IMG/VR virus record: IMGVR_UViG_3300020394_000003
Coordinates: 64,001-128,000 of that record
Source: a virus
Length of the DNA: 64,000 nucleotides
Strand: one strand, 5' to 3'
Positions 46,467 to 55,528 of the stretch are shown here, piece after piece; the first letter of the stretch is position 1; each line of letters opens with the position of its first letter. Position numbers and translations under genes: made by a program. The notes below the pieces were generated by a model, which made no database searches, was not told the origin of the DNA, and saw only the letters and a program-made list of their open reading frames with translations.

Positions 46467-49400
46467 GTGGGATACAACGTTCTATCAGGTTCGATTACAC
46501 TCGGCAATTCCGGCTCAATCGAGATCACCGGATCGTTTTATGGATCATTAGAGGGCCGAGTAACAGCGAACAGTACGATTCCTCACGGTACTGTTTATTC
46601 AATCACCAATGCTGATACTGATCGGCTAATAACGGCGAATAACGGAACCGGAAACGCGTTTAACGCGGAAGAGGCCCTGACATTTAGCTCGGCAGATCGA
46701 AAGCTTACAGTTAGAGGCCTTGACGGTCAGGCGACTACAACTGTTGAAATTACTGGTGCAACAGAAAATAAACTTTTTCATGTAAGAAGCCCCACAAATC
46801 AAAATTTAATTTTTGCTACTGGATCTGGCCTCGTAGGGTTTGGTACTAATGCCCCTGAATATTTGGTCACAATCTCAGCGTCCACTAATCCGCTTGCATT
46901 GCACGGCCTTCAGACGGTAGAACTTGCTAATACTTCTAGCTACCTTGCTGTAGAACCCTCCACAGGAAGATTGGTTTTAACTAGCTCGGCTCAAGGCAGC
47001 GGCGGCGGTGGCGCCGGCGGAACTATAGGTAGTGCCGAAGACGGTGATTATACAGACGGACTGTATACTGATTTTACAACATCTACTGCAATTGGTACAG
47101 CGGTTGATAGATTTAATGAAGTTTTAAAAATTCTAGCACCATCACCGGCCCCAGCGCTATCGGCAATTAATGAAAATGTGACTGATGGTGTTACTGCCAA
47201 ATTATCTTTTGGTGCTTCTGGCCCTATCTCAACATTCTCATCGGTAGGAACCGCCGCGGGCTTTAGCGCTGTTGACCGTGCTGCTTCATATGCTGCTGGA
47301 ACTAGTGGTGCTAATATAAGATTAGGGGTTTACGACGGTACGACTGACATTTCAGGACTGCTAAATCCTGATGTTGCACAGAGTATCACAAACGGACACA
47401 TTGCATTTTCTAATGACGCATTTGGTAATGCAAACGAAGGCACGTTAAAATTAGAGGTCAACGGGGCTACGCTGCACACAGCATCTTTAGCGGCTCTAAC
47501 GGGCAGAGGCAACCCAGCTTCAGGAGCGGATGATAACTTATCGACAGACTCTGGATTCACGGATGTTTCTGTTGCAGCATCTAGTTTTGACGGCAATGGT
47601 TCTGAGTGGTATATTTTTAAGCACAGGACAGCAGCGTATAAGGTCGATGCCAACGACATGAGAAATGGCTGGAACTACGCCCGTGTAATTCACACCGTTG
47701 GCGGCGTAGACCGCATAACTAACTTTGTCGAATGGGTCGTCGACCCATCAGGATCGTCTAACAACCTAGCAGCGAGCAATGCTAGAATTGAGAATATATC
47801 TACAGCCGGATCAAAGTATTTATCTGGTGTTCAATACAATACAAGCGCCCAAGCTAGCTATAAAGTAGACGTTGAGAACTACTATCAAAATGTATACCCA
47901 GCCTCGGGAACACCTATATCATTTGGAGTAACGAATGTCGCGACTCCATCTGCACAGGCTGCACCAGATATCGCAAGCGATGAAGATTTTAGTAAACTTT
48001 TACGAGTCACTGGTAGTTTGGTCCTGAACGTTGATAATCTTCTAAGCGGAGCGATCACTGCAAATATAACTGCCACACACCCTCTTAAAAACACTCTTAG
48101 CAACGCCGGCGCAGCGACAACAGGTAATGGCTTCTTAATTGATAACAGGACGTTAGCCAGCACGAACTTAATTGAAAGATTTCACGATGAATCTTACAGA
48201 AAACAGTCCGGTAGTTATGACAGCCAAGCCTTAGCATCAGGAAATGCTACTGACTGGACTTCAAGTAATCACATGGTTGCAACAGGATCGGCAGGGCATA
48301 CCGATGGGTTGCTCATGTACAACCAGCAATTACGTAGCCCCAGTGCATCAGACCTTCCTAATGCTGGAAACTTTAGTAAACTTATAAATGTTAATGCTGG
48401 CCAACCAGATTATTCATCTGTATCGGGCAAGCGCACTTTTTACCGTAAGTTTCAAAACACAAGCGGTGCCACCATCCGCGATATAAAAATTACTTCTGAT
48501 AAAGCTAGTGCACAAATCATCAGCACTCATGATGCCCTAACGCATAACAAAATTAAAGTATTTACTAAAATTCCTGAAACTACGGGCTGGATGGACATCT
48601 CACAAAATTTTGTGTATGGTAGCACGTCGGACGATGCAGGTGCCCTTATTGATGGCGCTACTGACAACGCTAACCTTGCCAACACAAACGATAGCATTCA
48701 TTGTATTACATTTGGAACAGTTGGCGTAGCTAATAATGACTATGTGATGGTAAAGGTCGAAGCTGACGCAAGCTGGGTAGGTGCATATAACACGTTAAAT
48801 TTACAATTAGGAGCCTCAGATGTGTCAGCACCAACAGAGGCTCCGCAGCTGGATGATATCGAAACGGACGCTTCTGGTGTTTCTGATGCAAAGTTATCAT
48901 TTGGAGCCGCAAACGCGATTGACGACTACACACCCGCTACAGGCTCCGCGTTAGGATTATCAGACTTTAATTCGAATGTAAACTATCCAGAAAGTGGCGA
49001 CCGTCTTGGCGTATTCAGCTCTAAATCTAATATTGTTGGAGACCTTAACGACGACATTGGAAGCAACGGTCAAAATTACCCAGCGGATTCATTTAAGGAC
49101 GCCTACACTGGTACTCTAGAGTTGCATGTTAACGGTCGCAAGGTTCATGAGATTAATTTAGCATCCACCCTTAATGCGATCACAAATGATTTTAACGGCA
49201 ACAACTCTGGATTTAGTGTTTCGGCTGTAGCGTTTAGCAAAACAACAGATCTGATCCCTGACTATACAAAACCATACAGAACAGGTACATTTCAAATTGG
49301 CGCAGCCGATCAGGATTTAGGATTTAACACCGCTAGGGTCGTGCATAAGCGCTCGGGTCTAAGCGATGTTAATACAAACTATATCGAGTGGGTTGTCGAT

Positions 49401-50606
49401 ACTGATGCTAATGCTCTAGCGGCTTCTGATGTTGTTTTAAATAACTTTAGTCATGCAGACATATATTATCAATCGGGAGTCCGATACTTTGCGGCGCAAC
49501 CAAGCGCTTCATTTGCTTACAGGGCCTCTAACGTTTACAGAAACGTATATCAAAATGGCACCGCTGTTTCTTACCCAATAACTACAAATTGTTTTGTAAA
49601 TAATGTTCAAATTGTCGGCACTGGCGTGAATTCTTTAAGCGCCGACGCCGCTAGTGTTTCACTCCCTGCATTGAACAACGGAGCATTTTGTGAAGCTGCC
49701 GATATTCATGTTACAGGCAATGTCGTGCTTGACAATACCACATCTATTAAGGGCGGACTAGGCCTGTTTACAGATATCGATGCTTCAGTAAACTCACAAA
49801 TTTTGCATCCGCTCAAATCAAATTTAGTATCTAGCACACTAAGCAAAACTGACTTCATGCATTACTCTGGCACAATTGGCAGTACCACATTGGCAGCACA
49901 GGAATACTTTGGTCTAGAAACTTATAGACTACAGTCGTCAAGCTACAACAACCAGACAAATGTGACTGATACAAACTTAAGTTGGGATTCGCAAATTTCA
50001 GTTAATGACGCGGGATCTTACGCTAACTATGCAGACGGCCTTGTGACTGCAAACGGGTATGTTATTTCCCCGTTGCAAATTGGTAATTCTGGAGATACCA
50101 GAAACTCCGCAGAAGGGGGGTCGCTTCAGGCTCCAAACGGAAGTCCAAACTACTCAACACTCACTAACTCAACTAGAACATACTACAGATACTTTAGAAA
50201 CACTACTGGTCTTGCAAAAGCTACATTTACAATTACATTATACGGAGATGCATATTTATGTGCTAAATCAGGCGCATTTTATACTGGCGCCCTAGGAGCG
50301 AATAAGAATATCAATGTTGAATTAAGAGTTCCGTTTGACTCCGGGTTTACGGGCCCCGACGATACTTCAACAGATTGGGCTGATTGTATTAAACCATATG
50401 CTGCGGGAACACAACCAACCGAAGATGGTGTAGGTGTCTTTAATGGCGGCGGCTCGGATTTGACTCAAACAGTCCCCACCGGCGGCCGCAACATACCAAT
50501 TCAATTACAAGCCAGACAAATAAGAAACAATCAGTATTTTGTTTTGAAGATCACTGCACACAAGGATTGGACTGGATACTTATCTAGGATCGGGATCACT
50601 TACTAA
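46467..50606 (+). CDS. Large fibre/spike protein (1379 aa) with a tandemly duplicated ~565-aa module
   Basis: GTG start after AGGAGG; N-terminal fibre-like segment and GGGG linker; AKLSFGA...RLGV...GTL.L.VNG...G.N.ARV.H...N..EWVVD...Y.SGV.Y...RT.YR.F.NT.G occurs twice. Confidence 0.65.
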   Translation: MGYNVLSGSITLGNSGSIEITGSFYGSLEGRVTANSTIPHGTVYSITNADTDRLITANNGTGNAFNAEEALTFSSADRKLTVRGLDGQATTTVEITGATENKLFHVRSPTNQNLIFATGSGLVGFGTNAPEYLVTISASTNPLALHGLQTVELANTSSYLAVEPSTGRLVLTSSAQGSGGGGAGGTIGSAEDGDYTDGLYTDFTTSTAIGTAVDRFNEVLKILAPSPAPALSAINENVTDGVTAKLSFGASGPISTFSSVGTAAGFSAVDRAASYAAGTSGANIRLGVYDGTTDISGLLNPDVAQSITNGHIAFSNDAFGNANEGTLKLEVNGATLHTASLAALTGRGNPASGADDNLSTDSGFTDVSVAASSFDGNGSEWYIFKHRTAAYKVDANDMRNGWNYARVIHTVGGVDRITNFVEWVVDPSGSSNNLAASNARIENISTAGSKYLSGVQYNTSAQASYKVDVENYYQNVYPASGTPISFGVTNVATPSAQAAPDIASDEDFSKLLRVTGSLVLNVDNLLSGAITANITATHPLKNTLSNAGAATTGNGFLIDNRTLASTNLIERFHDESYRKQSGSYDSQALASGNATDWTSSNHMVATGSAGHTDGLLMYNQQLRSPSASDLPNAGNFSKLINVNAGQPDYSSVSGKRTFYRKFQNTSGATIRDIKITSDKASAQIISTHDALTHNKIKVFTKIPETTGWMDISQNFVYGSTSDDAGALIDGATDNANLANTNDSIHCITFGTVGVANNDYVMVKVEADASWVGAYNTLNLQLGASDVSAPTEAPQLDDIETDASGVSDAKLSFGAANAIDDYTPATGSALGLSDFNSNVNYPESGDRLGVFSSKSNIVGDLNDDIGSNGQNYPADSFKDAYTGTLELHVNGRKVHEINLASTLNAITNDFNGNNSGFSVSAVAFSKTTDLIPDYTKPYRTGTFQIGAADQDLGFNTARVVHKRSGLSDVNTNYIEWVVDTDANALAASDVVLNNFSHADIYYQSGVRYFAAQPSASFAYRASNVYRNVYQNGTAVSYPITTNCFVNNVQIVGTGVNSLSADAASVSLPALNNGAFCEAADIHVTGNVVLDNTTSIKGGLGLFTDIDASVNSQILHPLKSNLVSSTLSKTDFMHYSGTIGSTTLAAQEYFGLETYRLQSSSYNNQTNVTDTNLSWDSQISVNDAGSYANYADGLVTANGYVISPLQIGNSGDTRNSAEGGSLQAPNGSPNYSTLTNSTRTYYRYFRNTTGLAKATFTITLYGDAYLCAKSGAFYTGALGANKNINVELRVPFDSGFTGPDDTSTDWADCIKPYAAGTQPTEDGVGVFNGGGSDLTQTVPTGGRNIPIQLQARQIRNNQYFVLKITAHKDWTGYLSRIGITY

Positions 50607-51706
50607 TGAGCACTGGAAAGACCAATATAACCTCGACCCAGTTTGCAGCCAAGAAGCTTCTTGGTAAGGCGCATACCTCTAATTTAAAATCAGATGTTAA
50701 TGAATCAGTACCCTCTAACGTATCGATGCCCTTTGAATCAATCTTTGGAGAGTCAATTCCTAATGACCCGGGCACTGATTTTTACACTGTTTATGGAACC
50801 CCGGGAACTGTTGAGCAAGTATACTTTGATGTGGTATCCATCAGCGATACCATTTATGACGCCGATGACACCGGCGGTGGTGGCGACGAATCCTCTACCT
50901 CCGGTCCCCACGGCTACTACCTGAAGCTACCAGCAGCTTATGAGACGACATCTTCTAATCCTAGTAGAGGAACTGGCGAGTTTACAAATGGCAAACGAGT
51001 ATACGATTCTCGCGGTGGCTTACAATTGGTTCCACCCTTAGTTTCAAACGCTAGCCCAAACAGATACTTCTTAAAGCTATACAAGGGAGATCCAACAGAT
51101 CCAGCGAATGAAATTACTTCTGGAGATAGCGTCGACTGGCAGGTTGATTATTACTCAGGGATCATCTTTATTCAAGATTATAACTCCGCACGCGTCCCAG
51201 TAACAGCATCAGCATATCTATATGTGGGTAAATATCTAGATGAAAGAATTGTACAAATTTCAGGTTCTGGCGGCGGCGGCTCCGGCGCCGGAATATTTAC
51301 AGAAATTGATAATAACGAAGCTTTTGTTACTAGTAGTTTGACAATTGGGGCAAATACTAATCCAACTCATACGTTAACATTAGTTGGAAACTCCCACTTA
51401 TCTGGTGGAATATCTCACAAGCGCCACCACACAACAGAGAATTACACTGTGACACTATCGGATTATTATATTGGCGTAGATACAAATTCAAGTCAGGTTA
51501 CTTTGACGTTGCCATCCGCTGGATCTACAACTAGCGGTCAGACATTCGTCGTAAAGGACGAGGGCGGAAACGCAGGTACTAATAATATTACAGTTCATAT
51601 TGCTGGTAGTGACACCATCGACGGAGGACACTCAGTAGTGCTAGAATCAGCATATGCTGCAGTGTCGATATATAGCAATGGTCTTTCGGGCTATTTTGTT
51701 TATTGA
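50606..51706 (+). CDS. Fibre/adaptor protein with the shared C-terminal TLP...KDE...IDG domain
   Basis: DWQVDYYSGIIF domain, SGGGGSG linker, C-terminal TLTLPSAG...VVKDEGG...DTIDG...YFVY. Confidence 0.6.
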   Translation: MSTGKTNITSTQFAAKKLLGKAHTSNLKSDVNESVPSNVSMPFESIFGESIPNDPGTDFYTVYGTPGTVEQVYFDVVSISDTIYDADDTGGGGDESSTSGPHGYYLKLPAAYETTSSNPSRGTGEFTNGKRVYDSRGGLQLVPPLVSNASPNRYFLKLYKGDPTDPANEITSGDSVDWQVDYYSGIIFIQDYNSARVPVTASAYLYVGKYLDERIVQISGSGGGGSGAGIFTEIDNNEAFVTSSLTIGANTNPTHTLTLVGNSHLSGGISHKRHHTTENYTVTLSDYYIGVDTNSSQVTLTLPSAGSTTSGQTFVVKDEGGNAGTNNITVHIAGSDTIDGGHSVVLESAYAAVSIYSNGLSGYFVY

Positions 51707-51790
51707 TAACCACTTCATCTAGCTCTTTTTAAATAAGTCAAGTATTTTAAAATACTTAAAAGAATATACCCTAAAAACGCATAAAAGCAC

Positions 51791-51798
51791 ACTATATA
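51791..51798 (+). promoter_or_regulatory. Putative late promoter motif ACTATATA
   Basis: Recurring motif, followed by a structured ~85-nt leader and a GGAGG SD. Confidence 0.55.
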
Positions 51799-51884
51799 GA
51801 GTGCACGCTTCAGAAACATTAGCCCTGCTATATGCGGAAGGGCGTGCTAAAGCAATTTTAAATACATTTTGGAGGGTATAAATA

Positions 51885-53480
51885 ATGGCTTATAAATTTC
51901 AATTAGGAAGCTTTACAGCTTCGGGCTCCATTAAGGTTGAGGATACGCTTGACGCGGCTTCAACTTTGCAAATTGGTGGAGTTGGGGTCACAGCAACCGC
52001 AGCTGAGATTAACCTCATTGATGGTGGTACCGCTCGCGGAACCACTGCTGTAGCATCCGGCGACGGATTCTTACACAATGATGCTGGAACCATGAGAATG
52101 ACTAGTGTCGATAAGATGGCGGATCTTTTCGCTGGAAACGCGCTATCAGCCTCTTCTGGTGTTCTCAGTGTTAAAGCTGATGACGCATCTTTGGAGATCA
52201 ACTCTGACGCACTTAGAGTTAAAGAAGGTGGTGTTACCAACGCAATGCTTGCTGGCTCTATTGCCAACGCTAAGCTTAGCAACAGTGCTATCACACTAAA
52301 CCCCGGTGCAGGATTAGGTGCATTGGGTTCTGTTTCACTCGGTGGTTCTATCAGTATTGCTGTTGACGGCGTTCTTGAGGACCTTGACACCCTTGGTGCT
52401 CCAAGCGCTGATGGTGAATTCCTTGTTGCTACAGGTGCTGGCGCTTTCGCTTACGAAAGTGGTGCAACTGCTCGTACTAGCATTGGTCTTGGTACCGGTG
52501 ATAACGCTCAGTTCAACGCCGTCATCATTGCTGATGACGCAGCATTTGGTGCAGTTGGTGATACCGACATGTTAACCATGGACGCTGGTAGTGACATCAC
52601 AGTTGCTGCCGATCTCGACTTTGTTATCGGAAAAGCAGGTGGTCTTACTCTTGCTGACGGTGCTGTCCAGTCAACCGCTGCAGAGCTTAACTTACTCGAC
52701 GGTGCAGGTGCCGGTTCTGTTGTCAACAACAAAGCTGTAATCTACAACGGCGGCGGTGTTGTTATCGGTCAGTCTCTCGCGACTGCTGATGATGGCCACC
52801 TCGGTAACCAAACAACCCCACAGATGATTCAGATGAAGGCTACTCGCGTTGAGTTCAACCAAGCTGTTGTGTTCAACGATGACATCTTCGTATCTGGCTC
52901 TACAGTGACAATGGATCAACAGCATCTTGTTATTCAAGATAAGCTTATTGGTCTTGGTTTCGTTTCTGGTTCTGTCACAGATGACAATGTTTCCGCCCCC
53001 GGCGACCGCGGATTTATCTTCGGTATGCACGGCGAAGACAACGTTGCTATGCACTGGGATGAAGGTTCGTCTAGATTCAAGTTTATCAAAACGGACTCAC
53101 TTCCTACCGCTACTACGGTTAACGAAGTTTCCAAGGCTGACCTTGAGGTTGGTGTGCTTCACGCTTCCAGCGTTGTCGCCCCGCTTTCACTCAGCATTGA
53201 TGCACAAGCTCAAGACGCAATTAACCTTTCTTCTGCTGCAGGTAAGGTTGTATACGTCACTGGCACCTTGGCCGCTAGCCGAAGCACTACGCTTCCAGCT
53301 GCGCCAAACGTCGGTGATCAAATTGATGTCAAGCTAGCTGCCACTGGTGGTAACTCACTTACAATCGAAAAGGGTGCCGATGGGCACAACATCGATGGTG
53401 GTGATTCAATCATCCTTGAGTCAGACTTCGCTGCTGTCAAGCTCGTTTACGTTGCTGCTAACACATGGAGAGTCTTCTAA
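51885..53480 (+). CDS. Probably abundant fibre protein (531 aa)
   Basis: TAAEINLIDG/TAAELNLLDG repeats, GGVTNAMLAGSIANAKL fibre motif, C-terminal TLPAAP...IDG...WRVF domain; codon bias similar to the major capsid gene. Confidence 0.65.
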   Translation: MAYKFQLGSFTASGSIKVEDTLDAASTLQIGGVGVTATAAEINLIDGGTARGTTAVASGDGFLHNDAGTMRMTSVDKMADLFAGNALSASSGVLSVKADDASLEINSDALRVKEGGVTNAMLAGSIANAKLSNSAITLNPGAGLGALGSVSLGGSISIAVDGVLEDLDTLGAPSADGEFLVATGAGAFAYESGATARTSIGLGTGDNAQFNAVIIADDAAFGAVGDTDMLTMDAGSDITVAADLDFVIGKAGGLTLADGAVQSTAAELNLLDGAGAGSVVNNKAVIYNGGGVVIGQSLATADDGHLGNQTTPQMIQMKATRVEFNQAVVFNDDIFVSGSTVTMDQQHLVIQDKLIGLGFVSGSVTDDNVSAPGDRGFIFGMHGEDNVAMHWDEGSSRFKFIKTDSLPTATTVNEVSKADLEVGVLHASSVVAPLSLSIDAQAQDAINLSSAAGKVVYVTGTLAASRSTTLPAAPNVGDQIDVKLAATGGNSLTIEKGADGHNIDGGDSIILESDFAAVKLVYVAANTWRVF

Positions 53481-53513
53481 GATATTATCTTGGAATTCTA
53501 TTCCTCAAACTTT

Positions 53514-53542
53514 GGGGGCCCTCTTCGGGGGGCTCCCTTTTT
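53514..53542 (+). terminator. Rho-independent terminator
   Basis: GGGGGCCCTC-TTCG-GGGGGCTCCC then TTTTT; C(UUCG)G loop. A second hairpin, TGTTTGG/CCAAACA (53542-53562), overlaps the end of the U-tract. Confidence 0.85.
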
Positions 53543-53566
53543 GTTTGGAACATTCCCAAACAGTCT

Positions 53567-53574
53567 ACTATTTA
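53567..53574 (+). promoter_or_regulatory. Putative late promoter motif ACTATTTA
   Basis: Immediately after a terminator, where re-initiation is needed for 53614. Confidence 0.7.
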
Positions 53575-53613
53575 TAAAAGACCTCGTAACATGCACAATT
53601 GGAAGGTATTTAA

Positions 53614-55434
53614 ATGTCATATAACTTATTGTCGGGTAGCGTTGAATTTATTGGCGAAACCCTAGGTACCGCGGAAGACCTAGTTAACACGCACGCAACG
53701 CAAACAATTACTGGTGCGAAAACATTCACCAACCTCACGGCCTCATCTGAGGGCGATGGCACCGTTGGACTCACCGTAACAGGGGATCTAAATGTTTCTA
53801 ACGATCTTTCTGTTGCTGGTAACGATCTTACTTTGGCAGAGTATATCAAGCACATTGGTGACACAGACACGAACATACGTTTTCAAGATAATCGAATCGA
53901 TTTTACGGCCGGCAATAATGTTCTTCTAATGCTCGACTCGGCCGGAGGAACGATTGCAATCAACAACACAGCCGGTAACAGAAACTTTGTATTGAAAAGT
54001 GCAACTTCTAACCAAGGGATGTACCATTCAGCGGCCAACCGCTCATTTTTATTTGGAGATATAAACGTAGTGCCGCAAGATAGTGAAGCACTAGTTCACA
54101 TTACAAGCTCATACCATGAGCACTCGCTGCTTACAGTTGGAAATAAGAAAAACCCAATTTTTGCAATATCGGGCTCCACAGGAGATATCGGCCAAGGCCC
54201 AAGGGTTATAATTACAGGAAGTCTTCTTGTTGGCGGATCCGATGCTGGCTCTGTAGAAACTAGGTTCGCCGGCGGTAATGTTATTGCCGCTGGTATTGTC
54301 ACAGGGTCATACGGATTGAGGGGAGAGTTATTAAACGTCCATTCAGGATTAGAGCATGTCACTAATGGTGGTGAAAAGAAATTAGCTGTCAAGGCACACA
54401 CTGGCATTTCTGTTGATAATAACGGCGTTGCAGTCGATGTAAATGGATTAACAGATGTGGGCTCAATCAACACTAGTACTACCAATCAAGATTTCATATG
54501 TGTCTCAGATTATTCTAACAGTAATGCCACAGCAAAAATGGGCGTTGGTGACCTGCTGGCACAGACCGTTGGATCAGTAGCCAATGTGGGCTCAGGCACC
54601 GGCCAGATTTATAAGACAACACTCAGTAGAGAAGTTAAACTTAAAAGAATTGCCCAAGGTTCGAATATCACAGTTACCAATGGTGCAGATGATATTACTA
54701 TTGCCGCTACTGTTCCTACCGTCCCAATTACGACTTACAACTTTACCAATAACGAGCGACTGATTACATCAGTAAGCAATAATACTGTTAAAACAGAAGC
54801 CAACCTTCACTGGAACTCGGAGAGGCTAATGGTGACAGGCTCTGTTTCTGCTACACAAGAACTAACTGGATTCCAACTACAAGTTGGCAGTGAAGAGGCT
54901 GGAGATGATTGTATGGCAAAAATTAAGACAGAAGATGCCAACAAAACCCTCCTGTTATGTAAAAGTTCAGCACATGAAGTTATACTAGGTGTTACTGGCT
55001 CAAACAAGGTTGTGGTCGGTGGAGCCCACTTTGATGGGGTTTTTAACGTATCGGGCTCAAACAATGTCCATTTGATTTCGCTTAAATCTGATAGCGAAAA
55101 CCCAGCATTTTATGTAAGTGGCTCAGGTGATGCTGCTCTTTCTGGCAGATTGGCATTGAAATCCGACGGCACAGCAGATCCTACCGTATTAGCCAATCAT
55201 GCACACATATATGCAAAAGATGTAGCAACTTCAGCCGAGGTTTTTGTTCGTGATGAAGCTGGCAACATAACACAAATCTCGCCTCATAACGAGGAAGGCG
55301 AGTGGCAATACTTCTCTAGAAACACACGCACTGGCAAAGTTGTCAGGGTAAATATGGAAAGAATGATTAGAAAATTAGAACAAATTACTGGTGAGTCCTT
55401 TATGGAAGAATGGTATGAGGACCCTACCGATTAA
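53614..55434 (+). CDS. Fibre protein (606 aa) with a possible C-terminal chaperone-like domain
   Basis: TQTITGAKTF fibre motif, many xSGS/xTGS turns; C-terminal DEAGNITQISPH...VNMERMIRKLEQITGE. Confidence 0.6.
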   Translation: MSYNLLSGSVEFIGETLGTAEDLVNTHATQTITGAKTFTNLTASSEGDGTVGLTVTGDLNVSNDLSVAGNDLTLAEYIKHIGDTDTNIRFQDNRIDFTAGNNVLLMLDSAGGTIAINNTAGNRNFVLKSATSNQGMYHSAANRSFLFGDINVVPQDSEALVHITSSYHEHSLLTVGNKKNPIFAISGSTGDIGQGPRVIITGSLLVGGSDAGSVETRFAGGNVIAAGIVTGSYGLRGELLNVHSGLEHVTNGGEKKLAVKAHTGISVDNNGVAVDVNGLTDVGSINTSTTNQDFICVSDYSNSNATAKMGVGDLLAQTVGSVANVGSGTGQIYKTTLSREVKLKRIAQGSNITVTNGADDITIAATVPTVPITTYNFTNNERLITSVSNNTVKTEANLHWNSERLMVTGSVSATQELTGFQLQVGSEEAGDDCMAKIKTEDANKTLLLCKSSAHEVILGVTGSNKVVVGGAHFDGVFNVSGSNNVHLISLKSDSENPAFYVSGSGDAALSGRLALKSDGTADPTVLANHAHIYAKDVATSAEVFVRDEAGNITQISPHNEEGEWQYFSRNTRTGKVVRVNMERMIRKLEQITGESFMEEWYEDPTD

Positions 55435-55484
55435 CACAACAAAGAATTCACTAAAGCAAAAAATGTCATTTACGCTTTCTGCAT

Positions 55485-55492
55485 ACTAATTA
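55485..55492 (+). promoter_or_regulatory. Putative late promoter motif ACTAATTA
   Basis: Intergenic, before the AGGAG SD of the scaffold-capsid operon. Confidence 0.55.
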
Positions 55493-55528
55493 ACATATGA
55501 AAAAATATTTTTTTATAGGAGTAACTTT

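Noticed and set aside
4375-50924. Short minus-strand and nested ORFs inside the long structural genes
   Set aside because: All lie fully within well-supported + strand genes, and their translations look like frame shadows.
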